64,000 nt of DNA from Auanema rhodensis (lineage: Eukaryota; Animalia; Nematoda): positions 496,001-560,000 of the forward strand of contig CAXKVF010000076.1 in NCBI GenBank assembly GCA_964057225.1, written 5' to 3'. Every line of letters starts with the position of its first letter. Position 1 is the stretch's first letter. The position numbers and the translations under genes were made by a program. The notes beneath the pieces were generated by a model that saw only the letters and a list, made by a program, of their open reading frames with translations, ran no database searches and was not told the origin of the DNA. Shown one piece after another: positions 14,401 to 30,798 of the stretch.

Positions 14401-17400
14401 ATATCAAGTGCACATCACGTGTACATTTAATTAGCATAAATTAAAGTTCACGTAAATTTCAAAGTCATGGTTACCATGAACCAATATCAATAAAAATTTG
14501 TTTTTAGACTAATATGGACATGGGGAATCTAATTTTGAAAACCGCATCACTTTATCTTTCACGTGAAGCGAGTTACATACCAAGTGCACATCACGTGTAC
14601 ATTTAATTAGCATAAATTAAAGTTCACGTAAATTTCAAAGTCATGGTTACCATGCACCAATATCAATAAAAATTTGTTTTTAGACTAATATGGACATGGG
14701 GAATCTAATTTTGAAAACCGCATCACTTTATCTTTCACGTGAAGCGAGTTACATACCAAGTGCACATCACGTGTACATTTAATTAGCATAAATTAAAGTT
14801 CACGTAAATTTCAAAGTCATGGTTACCATGCACCAATATCAATAAAAATTTGTTTTTAGACTAATATGGACATGGGGAATCTAATTTTGAAAACCGCATC
14901 TCTTTATCTTTCACGTGAAGCGAGTTACATACCAAGTGCACATCACGTGTACATTTAATTAGCATAAATTAAAGTTCACGTAAATTTCAAAGTCATGGTT
15001 ACCATGCACCAATATCAATAAAAATCTGTTTTTAGACTAATATGGACATGGGGAATCTAATTTTGAAAACCGCATCTCTTTATCTTTCACGTGAAGCGAG
15101 TTACATACCAAGTGCACATCACGTGTACATTTAATTAGCATAAATTAAAGTTCACGTAAATTTCAAAGTCATGGTTACCATGAACCAATATCAATAAAAA
15201 TTTGTTTTTAGACTAATATGGACATGGGGAATCTAATTTTGAAAACCGCATCTCTTTATCTTTCACGTGAAGCGAGTTACATACCAAGTGCACATCACGT
15301 GTACATTTAATTAGCATAAATTAAAGTTCACGTAAATTTCAAAGTCATGGTTACCATGCACCAATATCAATAAAAATTTGTTTTTAGACTAATATGGACA
15401 TGGGGAATCTAATTTTGAAAACCGCATCTCTTTATCTTCCACGTGAAGCGAGTTACATACCAAGTGCACATCACGTGTACATTTAATTAGCATAAATTAA
15501 AGTTCACGTAAATTTCAAAGTCATGGTTACCATGAACCAATATCAATAAAAATTTGTTTTTAGACTAATATGTACATGGGGAATCTAATTTTGAAAACCG
15601 CATCTCTTTATCTTTCACGTGAAGCGAGTTACATACCAAGTGCACATCACGTGTACATTTAATTAGCATAAATTAAAGTTCACGTAAATTTCAAAGTCAT
15701 GGTTACCATGCACCAATATCAATAAAAATTTGTTTTTAGACTAATATGGACATGGGGAATCTAATTTTGAAAACCGCATCTCTTTATCTTTCACGTGAAG
15801 CGAGTTACATATCAAGTGCACATCACGTGTACATTTAATTAGCATAAATTAAAGTTCACGTAAATTTCAAAGTCATGGTTACCATTAACCATCATCAATA
15901 AAAATTTGTTTTTAGACTAATATGGACATGGGGAATCTAATTTTGAAAACCGCATTTCTTTATCTTTCACGTGAAGCGAGTTACATACCAAGTGCACATC
16001 ACGTGTACATTTAATTAGCATAAATTAAAGTTCACGTAAATTTCAAAGTCATGGTTACCATTCACCAATATCAATAAAAATTTGTTTTTAGACTAATATG
16101 GACATGAGGAATCTAATTTTGAAAACCGCATCTCTTTATCTTTCACGTGAAGCGAGTTACATACCAAGTGCACATCACGTGTACATTTAATTAGCATAAA
16201 TTAAAGTTCACGTAAATTTCAAAGTCATGGTTACCATGCACCAATATCAATAAAAATTTGTTTTTAGACTAATATGGACATGGGGAATCTAATTTTGAAA
16301 ACCGCATCTCTTTATATTTCACGTGAAGCGAGTTACATACCAAGTGCACATCACGTGTACATTTAATTAGCATAAATTAAAGTTCACGTAAATTTCAAAG
16401 TCATGGTTACCATGCACCAATATCAATAAAAATTTGTTTTTAGACTAATATGGACATGGGGAATCTAATTTTGAAAACCGCATCTCTTTATCTTCCACGT
16501 GAAGCGAGTTACATACCAAGTGCACATCACGTGTACATTTAATTAGCATAAATTAAAGTTCACGTAAATTTCAAAGTCATGGTTACCATGAACCAATATC
16601 AATAAAAATTTGTTTTTAGACTAATATGGACATGGGGAATCTAATTTTGAAAACCGCATCTCTTTATCTTCCACGTGAAGCGAGTTACATACCAAGTGCA
16701 CATCACGTGTACATTTAATTAGCATAAATTAAAGTTCACGTAAATTTCAAAGTCATGGTTACCATGAACCAATATCAATAAAAATTTGTTTTTAGACTAA
16801 TATGGACATGGGGAATCTAATTTTGAAAACCGCATCACTTTATCTTTCACGTGAAGCGAGTTACATACCAAGTGCACATCACGTGTACATTTAATTAGCA
16901 TAAATTAAAGTTCACGTAAATTTCAAAGTCATGGTTACCATGCACCAATATCAATAAAAATTTGTTTTTAGACTAATATGGACATGGGGAATCTAATTTT
17001 GAAAACCGCATCTCTTTATCTTTCACGTGAAGCGAGTTACATACCAAGTGCACATCACGTGTACATTTAATTAGCATAAATTAAAGTTCACGTAAATTTC
17101 AAAGTCATGGTTACCATGCACCAATATCAATAAAAATCTGTTTTTAGACTAATATGGACATGGGGAATCTAATTTTGAAAACCGCATCTCTTTATCTTTC
17201 ACGTGAAGCGAGTTACATACCAAGTGCACATCACGTGTACATTTAATTAGCATAAATTAAAGTTCACGTAAATTTCAAAGTCATGGTTACCATGCACCAA
17301 TATCAATAAAAATTTGTTTTTAGACTAATATGGACATGGGGAATCTAATTTTGAAAACCGCATCTCTTTATCTTTCACGTGAAGCGAGTTACATATCAAG

Positions 17401-17422
17401 TGCACATCACGTGTACATTTAA
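11439..17422. repeat. 17-mer tandem duplication (2 x 2992 bp)
   Basis: The private variant ACCATCATC (A54T,T55C) occurs at 12900 and 15892. The variant order matches across 11439-14430 and 14431-17422. Confidence 0.9.
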
Positions 17423-20400
17423 TTAGCATAAATTAAAGTTCACGTAAATTTCAAAGTCATGGTTACCATTAACCAATATCAATAAAAATTTGTTTTTAGA
17501 CTAATATGGACATGGGGAATCTAATTTTGAAAACCGCATCTCTTTATCTTTCACGTGAAGCGAGTTACATATCAAGTGCACATCACGTGTACATTTAATT
17601 AGCATAAATTAAAGTTCACGTAAATTTCAAAGTCATGGTTACCATGCACCAATATCAATAAAAATTTGTTTTTAGACTAATATGGACATGGGGAATCTAA
17701 TTTTGAAAACCGCATCTCTTTATCTTTCACGTGAAGCGAGTTACATATCAAGTGCACATCACGTGTACATTTAATTAGCATAAATTAAAGTTCACGTAAA
17801 TTTCAAAGTCATGGTTACCATTAACCAATATCAATAAAAATTTGTTTTTAGACTAATATGGACATGGGGAATCTAATTTTGAAAACCGCATCTCTTTATC
17901 TTTCACGTGAAGCGAGTTACATATCAAGTGCACATCACGTGTACATTTAATTAGCATAAATTAAAGTTCACGTAAATTTCAAAGTCATGGTTACCATGCA
18001 CCAATATCAATAAAAATTTGTTTTTAGACTAATATGGACATGGGGAATCTAATTTTGAAAACCGCATCTCTTTATCTTTCACGTGAAGCGAGTTACATAT
18101 CAAGTGCACATCACGTGTACATTTAATTAGCATAAATTAAAGTTCACGTAAATTTCAAAGTCATGGTTACCATTTACCAATATCAATAAAAATTTGTTTT
18201 TAGACTAATATGGACATGGGGAATCTAATTTTGAAAACCGCATCTCTTTATCTTTCACGTGAAGCGAGTTACATACCAAGTGCACATCACGTGTACATTT
18301 AATTAGCATAAATTAAAGTTCACGTAAATTTCAAAGTCATGGTTACCATGCACCAATATCAATAAAAATTTGTTTTTAGACTAATATGGACATGGGGAAT
18401 CTAATTTTGAAAACCGCATCTCTTTATCTTTCACGTGAAGCGAGTTACATACCAAGTGCACATCACGTGTACATTTAATTAGCATAAATTAAAGTTCACG
18501 TAAATTTCAAAGTCATGGTTACCATGCACCAATATCAATAAAAATTTGTTTTTAGACTAATATGGACATGGGGAATCTAATTTTGAAAACCGCATCTCTT
18601 TATCTTTCACGTGAAGCGAGTTACATATCAAGTGCACATCACGTGTACATTTAATTAGCATAAATTAAAGTTCACGTAAATTTCAAAGTCATGGTTACCA
18701 TGCACCAATATCAATAAAAATTTGTTTTTAGACTAATATGGACATGGGGAATCTAATTTTGAAAACCGCATCTCTTTATCTTCCACGTGAAGCGAGTTAC
18801 ATACCAAGTGCACATCACGTGTACATTTAATTAGCATAAATTAAAGTTCACGTAAATTTCAAAGTCATGGTTACCATGAACCAATATCAATAAAAATTTG
18901 TTTTTAGACTAATATGGACATGGGGAATCTAATTTTGAAAACCGCATCTCTTTATCTTCCACGTGAAGCGAGTTACATACCAAGTGCACATCACGTGTAC
19001 ATTTAATTAGCATAAATTAAAGTTCACGTAAATTTCAAAGTCATGGTTACCATGAACCAATATCAATAAAAATTTGTTTTTAGACTAATATGGACATGGG
19101 GAATCTAATTTTGAAAACCGCATCACTTTATCTTTCACGTGAAGCGAGTTACATACCAAGTGCACATCACGTGTACATTTAATTAGCATAAATTAAAGTT
19201 CACGTAAATTTCAAAGTCATGGTTACCATGAACCAATATCAATAAAAATTTGTTTTTAGACTAATATGGACATGGGGAATCTAATTTTGAAAACCGTATT
19301 TCTTTATCTTTCACGTGAAGCGAGTTACATACCAAGTGCACATCACGTGTACATTTAATTAGCATAAATTAAAGTTCACGTAAATTTCAAAGTCATGGTT
19401 ACCATGCACCAATATCAATAAAAATTTGTTTTTAGACTAATATGGACATGGGGAATCTAATTTTGAAAACCGCATCTCTTTATCTTTCACGTGAAGCGAG
19501 TTACATACCAAGTGCACATCACGTGTACATTTAATTAGCATAAATTAAAGTTCACGTAAATTTCAAAGTCATGGTTACCATGAACCAATATCAATAAAAA
19601 TTTGTTTTTAGACTAATATGGACATGGGGAATCTAATTTTGAAAACTGCATCTCTTTATCTTTCACGTGAAGCGAGTTACATACCAAGTGCACAGCACGT
19701 GTACATTTAATTAGCATAAATTAAAGTTCACGTAAATTTTAAAGTCATGGTTACCATGAACCAATATCAATAAAAATTTGTTTTTAGACTAATATGGACA
19801 TGGGGAATCTAATTTTGAAAACCGCATCTCTTTATCTTCCACGTGAAGCGAGTTACATACCAAGTGCACATCACGTGTACATTTAATTAGCATAAATTAA
19901 AGTTCACGTAAATTTCAAAGTCATGGTTACCATGAACCAATATCAATAAAAATTTGTTTTTAGACTAATATGGACATGGGGAATCTAATTTTGAAAACCG
20001 CATCTCTTTATCTTCCACGTGAAGCGAGTTACATACCAAGTGCACATCACGTGTACATTTAATTAGCATAAATTAAAGTTCACGTAAATTTCAAAGTCAT
20101 GGTTACCATGCACCAATATCAATAAAAATTTGTTTTTAGACTAATATGGACATGGGGAATCTAATTTTGAAAACCGCATCTCTTTATCTTTCACGTGAAG
20201 CGAGTTACATATCAAGTGCACATCACGTGTACATTTAATTAGCATAAATTAAAGTTCACGTAAATTTCAAAGTCATGGTTACCATTAACCAATATCAATA
20301 AAAATTTGTTTTTAGACTAATATGGACATGGGGAATCTAATTTTGAAAACCGCATCTCTTTATCTTTCACGTGAAGCGAGTTACATATCAAGTGCACATC

Positions 20401-22526
20401 ACGTGTACATTTAATTAGCATAAATTAAAGTTCACGTAAATTTCAAAGTCATGGTTACCATGCACCAATATCAATAAAAATTTGTTTTTAGACTAATATG
20501 GACATGGGGAATCTAATTTTGAAAACCGCATCTCTTTATCTTTCACGTGAAGCGAGTTACATATCAAGTGCACATCACGTGTACATTTAATTAGCATAAA
20601 TTAAAGTTCACGTAAATTTCAAAGTCATGGTTACCATTAACCAATATCAATAAAAATTTGTTTTTAGACTAATATGGACATGGGGAATCTAATTTTGAAA
20701 ACCGCATCTCTTTATCTTTCACGTGAAGCGAGTTACATATCAAGTGCACATCACGTGTACATTTAATTAGCATAAATTAAAGTTCACGTAAATTTCAAAG
20801 TCATGGTTACCATGCACCAATATCAATAAAAATTTGTTTTTAGACTAATATGGACATGGGGAATCTAATTTTGAAAACCGCATCTCTTTATCTTTCACGT
20901 GAAGCGAGTTACATATCAAGTGCACATCACGTGTACATTTAATTAGCATAAATTAAAGTTCACGTAAATTTCAAAGTCATGGTTACCATTTACCAATATC
21001 AATAAAAATTTGTTTTTAGACTAATATGGACATGGGGAATCTAATTTTGAAAACCGCATCTCTTTATCTTTCACGTGAAGCGAGTTACATACCAAGTGCA
21101 CATCACGTGTACATTTAATTAGCATAAATTAAAGTTCACGTAAATTTCAAAGTCATGGTTACCATGCACCAATATCAATAAAAATTTGTTTTTAGACTAA
21201 TATGGACATGGGGAATCTAATTTTGAAAACCGCATCTCTTTATCTTTCACGTGAAGCGAGTTACATACCAAGTGCACATCACGTGTACATTTAATTAGCA
21301 TAAATTAAAGTTCACGTAAATTTCAAAGTCATGGTTACCATGAACCAATATCAATAAAAATTTGTTTTTAGACTAATATGGACATGGGGAATCTAATTTT
21401 GAAAACCGCATCTCTTTATCTTTTACGTGAAGCGAGTTACATACCAAGTGCACATCACGTGTACATTTAATTAGCATAAATTAAAGTTCACGTAAATTTC
21501 AAAGTCATAGTTACCATGCACCAATATCAATAAAAATTTGTTTTTAGACTAATATGGACATGGGGAATCTAATTTTGAAAACCGCATCTCTTTATCTTCC
21601 ACGTGAAGCGAGTTACATACCAAGTGCACATCACGTGTACATTTAATTAGCATAAATTAAAGTTCACGTAAATTTCAAAGTCATGGTTACCATGAACCAA
21701 TATTAATAAAAATTTGTTTTTAGACTAATATGGACATGGGGAATCTAATTTTGAAAACCGCATCTCTTTATCTTCCACGTGAAGCGAGTTACATACCAAG
21801 TGCACATCACGTGTACATTTAATTAGCATAAATTAAAGTTCACGTAAATTTCAAAGTCATGGTTACCATGAACCAATATCAATAAAAATTTGTTTTTAGA
21901 CTAATATGGACATGGGGAATCTAATTTTGTAAACCGCATCTCTTTATCTTCCACGTGAAGCGAGTTACATACCAAGTGCACATCACGTGTACATTTAATT
22001 AGCATAAATTAAAGTTCACGTAAATTTCAAAGTCATGGTTACCATGAACCAATATCAATAAAAATTTGTTTTTAGACTAATATGGACATGGGGAATCAAA
22101 GTTTGAAAACCGCATCTCTTTATCTTTCACGTGAAGCGAGTTACATACCAAGTGCATATCACGTGTACATTTAATTAGCATAAATTAAAGTTCACGTAAA
22201 TTTCAAAGTCATGGTTACCATGAACCAATATCAATAAAAATTTGTTTTTAGACTAATATGGACATGGGGAATCTAATTTTGAAAACCGCATCACTTTATC
22301 TTTCACGTGAAGCGAGTTACATACCAAGTGCACATCACGTGTACATTTAATTAGCATAAATTAAAGTTCACGTAAATTTCAAAGTCATGGTTACCATGCA
22401 CCAATATCAATAAAAATTTGTTTTTAGACTAATATGGACATGGGGAATCTAATTTTGAAAACCGCATCTCTTTATCTTTCACGTGAAGCGAGTTACATAC
22501 CAAGTGCACATCACGTGTACATTTAA

Positions 22527-25500
22527 TTAGCATAAATTAAAGTTCACGTAAATTTCAAAGTCATGGTTACCATGCACCAATATCAATAAAAATCTGTTTT
22601 TAGACTAATATGGACATGGGGAATCTAATTTTGAAAACCGCATCTCTTTATCTTTCACGTGAAGCGAGTTACATACCAAGTGCACATCACGTGTACATTT
22701 AATTAGCATAAATTAAAGTTCACGTAAATTTCAAAGTCATGGTTACCATGCACCAATATCAATAAAAATTTGTTTTTAGACTAATATGGACATGGGGAAT
22801 CTAATTTTGAAAACCGCATCTCTTTATCTTTCACGTGAAGCGAGTTACATATCAAGTGCACATCACGTGTACATTTAATTAGCATAAATTAAAGTTCACG
22901 TAAATTTCAAAGTCATGGTTACCATTAACCAATATCAATAAAAATTTGTTTTTAGACTAATATGGACATGGGGAATCTAATTTTGAAAACCGCATCTCTT
23001 TATCTTTCAAGTGAAGCGAGTTACATACCAAGTGCACATCACGTGTACATTTAATTAGCATAAATTAAAGTTCACGTAAATTTCAAAGTCATGGTTACCA
23101 TGCACCAATATCAATAAAAATTTGTTTTTAGACTAATATGGACATGAGGAATCTAATTTTGAAAACCGCATCTCTTTATCTTTCACGTGAAGCGAGTTAC
23201 ATACCAAGTGCACATCACGTGTACATTTAATTAGCATAAATTAAAGTTCACGTAAATTTCAAAGTCATGGTTACCATGCACCAATATCAATAAAAATTTG
23301 TTTTTAGACTAATATGGACATGGGGAATCTAATTTTGAAAACCGCATCTCTTTATATTTCACGTGAAGCGAGTTACATACCAAGTGCACATCACGTGTAC
23401 ATTTAATTAGCATAAATTAAAGTTCACGTAAATTTCAAAGTCATGGTTACCATGAACCAATATCAATAAAAATTTGTTTTTAGACTAATATGTACATGGG
23501 GAATCTAATTTTGAAAACCGCATCTCTTTATCTTTCACGTGAAGCGAGTTACACACCAAGTGCACATCACGTGTACATTTAATTAGCATAAATTAAAGTT
23601 CACGTAAATTTCAAAGTCATGGTTACCATGCACCAATATCAATAAAAATTTGTTTTTAGACTAATATGGACATGGGGAATCTAATTTTGAAAACCGCATC
23701 TCTTTATCTTTCACGTGAAGCGAGTTACATATCAAGTGCACATCACGTGTACATTTAATTAGCATAAATTAAAGTTCACGTAAATTTCAAAGTCATGGTT
23801 ACCATTAACCAATATCAATAAAAATTTGTTTTTAGACTAATATGGACATGGGGAATCTAATTTTGAAAACCGCATCTCTTTATCTTTCAAGTGAAGCGAG
23901 TTACATACCAAGTGCACATCACGTGTACATTTAATTAGCATAAATTAAAGTTCACGTAAATTTCAAAGTCATGGTTACCATGAACCAATATCAATAAAAA
24001 TTTGTTTTTAGACTAATATGGACATGGGGAATCTAATTTTGAAAACCGCATCTCTTTATCTTTCACGTGAAGCGAGTTACATACCAAGTGCACATCACGT
24101 GTACATTTAATTAGCATAAATTAAAGTTCACGTAAATTTCAAAGTCATGGTTACCATGCACCAATATCAATAAAAATCTGTTTTTAGACTAATATGGACA
24201 TGGGGAATCTAATTTTGAAAACCGCATCTCTTTATCTTTCACGTGAAGCGAGTTACATACCAAGTGCACATCACGTGTACATTTAATTAGCATAAATTAA
24301 AGTTCACGTAAATTTCAAAGTCATGGTTACCATGCACCAATATCAATAAAAATTTGTTTTTAGACTAATATGGACATGGGGAATCTAATTTTGAAAACCG
24401 CATCTCTTTATCTTTCACGTGAAGCGAGTTACATATCAAGTGCACATCACGTGTACATTTAATTAGCATAAATTAAAGTTCACGTAAATTTCAAAGTCAT
24501 GGTTACCATTAACCAATATCAATAAAAATTTGTTTTTAGACTAATATGGACATGGGGAATCTAATTTTGAAAACCGCATCTCTTTATCTTTCAAGTGAAG
24601 CGAGTTACATACCAAGTGCACATCACGTGTACATTTAATTAGCATAAATTAAAGTTCACGTAAATTTCAAAGTCATGGTTACCATGCACCAATATCAATA
24701 AAAATTTGTTTTTAGACTAATATGGACATGAGGAATCTAATTTTGAAAACCGCATCTCTTTATCTTTCACGTGAAGCGAGTTACATACCAAGTGCACATC
24801 ACGTGTACATTTAATTAGCATAAATTAAAGTTCACGTAAATTTCAAAGTCATGGTTACCATGCACCAATATCAATAAAAATTTGTTTTTAGACTAATATG
24901 GACATGGGGAATCTAATTTTGAAAACCGCATCTCTTTATATTTCACGTGAAGCGAGTTACATACCAAGTGCACATCACGTGTACATTTAATTAGCATAAA
25001 TTAAAGTTCACGTAAATTTCAAAGTCATGGTTACCATGAACCAATATCAATAAAAATTTGTTTTTAGACTAATATGTACATGGGGAATCTAATTTTGAAA
25101 ACCGCATCTCTTTATCTTTCACGTGAAGCGAGTTACACACCAAGTGCACATCACGTGTACATTTAATTAGCATAAATTAAAGTTCACGTAAATTTCAAAG
25201 TCATGGTTACCATGCACCAATATCAATAAAAATTTGTTTTTAGACTAATATGGACATGGGGAATCTAATTTTGAAAACCGCATCTCTTTATCTTTCACGT
25301 GAAGCGAGTTACATATCAAGTGCACATCACGTGTACATTTAATTAGCATAAATTAAAGTTCACGTAAATTTCAAAGTCATGGTTACCATTAACCAATATC
25401 AATAAAAATTTGTTTTTAGACTAATATGGACATGGGGAATCTAATTTTGAAAACCGCATCTCTTTATCTTTCAAGTGAAGCGAGTTACATACCAAGTGCA

Positions 25501-25694
25501 CATCACGTGTACATTTAATTAGCATAAATTAAAGTTCACGTAAATTTCAAAGTCATGGTTACCATGAACCAATATCAATAAAAATTTGTTTTTAGACTAA
25601 TATGGACATGGGGAATCTAATTTTGAAAACCGCATCTCTTTATCTTTCACGTGAAGCGAGTTACATACCAAGTGCACATCACGTGTACATTTAA
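22527..25694. repeat. 9-mer tandem duplication (2 x 1584 bp)
   Basis: The private variant T148C occurs at 23554 and 25138. The order T68C, C150T, G48T/C49A/C132A, G93A, C126A, C49A/G87T/T148C, C150T, G48T/C49A/C132A, C49A is repeated. Confidence 0.9.
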
Positions 25695-27278
25695 TTAGCA
25701 TAAATTAAAGTTCACGTAAATTTCAAAGTCATGGTTACCATGCACCAATATCAATAAAAATTTGTTTTTAGACTAATATGGACATGGGGAATCTAATTTT
25801 GAAAACCGCATCTCTTTATCTTCCACGTGAAGCGAGTTACATACCAAGTGCACATCACGTGTACATTTAATTAGCATAAATTAAAGTTCACGTAAATTTC
25901 AAAGTCATGGTTACCATGAACCAATATCAATAAAAATTTGTTTTTAGACTAATATGGACATGGGGAATCTAATTTTGAAAACCGCATCTCTTTATCTTCC
26001 ACGTGAAGCGAGTTACATACCAAGTGCACATCACGTGTACATTTAATTAGCATAAATTAAAGTTCACGTAAATTTCAAAGTCATGGTTACCATGAACCAA
26101 TATCAATAAAAATTTGTTTTTAGACTAATATGGACATGGGGAATCTAATTTTGAAAACCGCATCTCTTTATCTTCCACGTGAAGCGAGTTACATACCAAG
26201 TGCACATCACGTGTACATTTAATTAGCATAAATTAAAGTTCACGTAAATTTCAAAGTCATGGTTACCATGAACCAATATCAATAAAAATTTGTTTTTAGA
26301 CTAATATGGACATGGGGAATCAAAGTTTGAAAACCGCATCTCTTTATCTTTCACGTGAAGCGAGTTACATACCAAGTGCACATCACGTGTACATTTAATT
26401 AGCATAAATTAAAGTTCACGTAAATTTCAAAGTCATGGTTACCATGAACCAATATCAATAAAAATTTGTTTTTAGACTAATATGGACATGGGGAATCTAA
26501 TTTTGAAAACCGCATCACTTTATCTTTCACGTGAAGCGAGTTACATACCAAGTGCACATCACGTGTACATTTAATTAGCATAAATTAAAGTTCACGTAAA
26601 TTTCAAAGTCATAGTTACCATGCACCAATATCAATAAAAATTTGTTTTTAGACTAATATGGACATGGGGAATCTAATTTTGAAAACCGCATCTCTTTATC
26701 TTTCACGTGAAGCGAGTTACATACCAAGTGCACATCACGTGTACATTTAATTAGCATAAATTAAAGTTCACGTAAATTTCAAAGTCATGGTTACCATGCA
26801 CCAATATCAATAAAAATTTGTTTTTAGACTAATATGGACATGGGGAATCTAATTTTGAAAACCGCATCTCTTTATCTTTCAAGTGAAGCGAGTTACATAC
26901 CAAGTGCACATCACGTGTACATTTAATTAGCATAAATTAAAGTTCACGTAAATTTCAAAGTCATGGTTACCATGAAGCAATATCAATAAAAATTTGTTTT
27001 TAGACTAATATGGACATGGGGAATCTAATTTTGAAAACCGCATCTCTTTATCTTTCACGTGAAGCGAGTTACATACCAAGTGCACATCACGTGTACATTT
27101 AATTAGCATAAATTAAAGTTCACGTAAATTTCAAAGTCATTGTTACCATGCACCAATATCAATGAAAATTTGTTTTTAGACTAATATGGACATGGGGAAT
27201 CTAATTTTGAAAACCGCATCTCTTTATCTTTCACGTGAAGCGAGTTACATATCAAGTGCACATCACGTGTACATTTAA

Positions 27279-30200
27279 TTAGCATAAATTAAAGTTCACG
27301 TAAATTTCAAAGTCATGGTTACCATGCACCAATATCAATAAAACTTTGTTTTTAGACTAATATGGACATGGGGAATCTAATTTTGAAAACCGCATCTCTT
27401 TATCTTTCACGTGAAGCGAGTTACATACCAAGTGCACATCACGTGTACATTTAATTAGCATAAATTAAAGTTCACGTAAATTTCAAAGTCATGGTTACCA
27501 TGCACCAATATCAATAAAAATCTGTTTTTAGACTATTATGGACATGGGGAATCTAATTTTGAAAACCGCATCTCTTTATCTTTCACGTGAAGCGAGTTAC
27601 ATACCAAGTGCACATCACGTGTACATTTAATTAGCATAAATTAAAGTTCACGTAAATTTCAAAGTCATGGTTACCATGCACCAATATCAATAAAAATTTG
27701 TTTTTAGACTAATATGGACATGGGGAATCTAATTTTGAAAACCGCATCTCTTTATCTTTCAAGTGAAGCGAGTTACATACCAAGTGCACATCACGTGTAC
27801 ATTTAATTAGCATAAATTAAAGTTCACGTAAATTTCAAAGTCATGGTTACCATGAAGCAATATCAATAAAAATTTGTTTTTAGACTAATATGGACATGGG
27901 AAATCTAATTTTGAAAACCGCATCTCTTTATCTTTCACGTGAAGCGAGTTACATACCAAGTGCACATCACGTGTACATTTAATTAGCATAAATTAAAGTT
28001 CACGTAAATTTCAAAGTCATTGTTACCATGCACCAATATCAATGAAAATTTGTTTTTAGACTAATATGGACATGGGGAATCTAATTTTGAAAACCGCATC
28101 TCTTTATCTTTCACGTGAAGCGAGTTACATATCAAGTGCACATCACGTGTACATTTAATTAGCATAAATTAAAGTTCACGTAAATTTCAAAGTCATGGTT
28201 ACCATTAACCAATATCAATAAAAATTTGTTTTTAGACTAATATGGACATGGGGAATCTAATTTTGAAAACCGCATCTCTTTATCTTTCACGTGAAGCGAG
28301 TTACATACCAAGTGCACATCACGTGTACATTTAATTAGCATAAATTAAAGTTCACGTAAATTTCAAAGTCATGGTTACCATGCACCAATATCAATAAAAA
28401 TCTGTTTTTAGACTAATATGGACATGGGGAATCTAATTTTGAAAACCGCATCTCTTTATCTTTCACGTGAAGCGAGTTACATACCAAGTGCACATCACGT
28501 GTACATTTAATTAGCATAAATTAAAGTTCACGTAAATTTCAAAGTCATGGTTACCATGCACCAATATCAATAAAAATTTGTTTTTAGACTAATATGGACA
28601 TGGGGAATCTAATTTTGAAAACCGCATCTCTTTATCTTTCACGTGAAGCGAGTTACATATCAAGTGCACATCACGTGTACATTTAATTAGCATAAATTAA
28701 AGTTCACGTAAATTTCAAAGTCATGGTTACCATTAACCAATATCAATAAAAATTTGTTTTTAGACTAATATGGACATGGGGAATCTAATTTTGAAAACCG
28801 CATCTCTTTATCTTTCACGTGAAGCGAGTTACATACCAAGTGCACATCACGTGTACATTTAATTAGCATAAATTAAAGTTCACGTAAATTTCAAAGTCAT
28901 GGTTACCATGAACCAATATCAATAAAAATTTGTTTTTAGACTAATATGGACATGGGGAATCAAAGTTTGAAAACCGCATCTCTTTATCTTTCACGTGAAG
29001 CGAGTTACATACCAAGTGCACATCACGTGTACATTTAATTAGCATAAATTAAAGTTCACGTAAATTTCAAAGTCATGGTTACCATGAACCAATATCAATA
29101 AAAATTTGTTTTTAGACTAATATGGACATGGGGAATCTAATTTTGAAAACCGCATCACTTTATCTTTCACGTGAAGCGAGTTACATACCAAGTGCACATC
29201 ACGTGTACATTTAATTAGCATAAATTAAAGTTCACGTAAATTTCAAAGTCATGGTTACCATGCACCAATATCAATAAAACTTTGTTTTTAGACTAATATG
29301 GACATGGGGAATCTAATTTTGAAAACCGCATCTCTTTATCTTTCACGTGAAGCGAGTTACATACCAAGTGCACATCACGTGTACATTTAATTAGCATAAA
29401 TTAAAGTTCACGTAAATTTCAAAGTCATGGTTACCATGCACCAATATCAATAAAAATCTGTTTTTAGACTATTATGGACATGGGGAATCTAATTTTGAAA
29501 ACCGCATCTCTTTATCTTTCACGTGAAGCGAGTTACATACCAAGTGCACATCACGTGTACATTTAATTAGCATAAATTAAAGTTCACGTAAATTTCAAAG
29601 TCATGGTTACCATGCACCAATATCAATAAAAATTTGTTTTTAGACTAATATGGACATGGGGAATCTAATTTTGAAAACCGCATCTCTTTATCTTTCAAGT
29701 GAAGCGAGTTACATACCAAGTGCACATCACGTGTACATTTAATTAGCATAAATTAAAGTTCACGTAAATTTCAAAGTCATGGTTACCATGAAGCAATATC
29801 AATAAAAATTTGTTTTTAGACTAATATGGACATGGGAAATCTAATTTTGAAAACCGCATCTCTTTATCTTTCACGTGAAGCGAGTTACATACCAAGTGCA
29901 CATCACGTGTACATTTAATTAGCATAAATTAAAGTTCACGTAAATTTCAAAGTCATTGTTACCATGCACCAATATCAATGAAAATTTGTTTTTAGACTAA
30001 TATGGACATGGGGAATCTAATTTTGAAAACCGCATCTCTTTATCTTTCACGTGAAGCGAGTTACATATCAAGTGCACATCACGTGTACATTTAATTAGCA
30101 TAAATTAAAGTTCACGTAAATTTCAAAGTCATGGTTACCATTAACCAATATCAATAAAAATTTGTTTTTAGACTAATATGGACATGGGGAATCTAATTTT

Positions 30201-30798
30201 GAAAACCGCATCTCTTTATCTTTCACGTGAAGCGAGTTACATACCAAGTGCACATCACGTGTACATTTAATTAGCATAAATTAAAGTTCACGTAAATTTC
30301 AAAGTCATGGTTACCATGCACCAATATCAATAAAAATCTGTTTTTAGACTAATATGGACATGGGGAATCTAATTTTGAAAACCGCATCTCTTTATCTTTC
30401 ACGTGAAGCGAGTTACATACCAAGTGCACATCACGTGTACATTTAATTAGCATAAATTAAAGTTCACGTAAATTTCAAAGTCATGGTTACCATGCACCAA
30501 TATCAATAAAAATTTGTTTTTAGACTAATATGGACATGGGGAATCTAATTTTGAAAACCGCATCTCTTTATCTTTCACGTGAAGCGAGTTACATATCAAG
30601 TGCACATCACGTGTACATTTAATTAGCATAAATTAAAGTTCACGTAAATTTCAAAGTCATGGTTACCATTAACCAATATCAATAAAAATTTGTTTTTAGA
30701 CTAATATGGACATGGGGAATCTAATTTTGAAAACCGCATCTCTTTATCTTTCACGTGAAGCGAGTTACATACCAAGTGCACATCACGTGTACATTTAA
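27279..30798. repeat. 9-monomer block duplicated at a 1936-bp (11-monomer) offset
   Basis: A66C at 27344/29280, A82T at 27536/29472, G95A at 27901/29837 and A62G at 28044/29980 are all 1936 bp apart. Confidence 0.88.
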
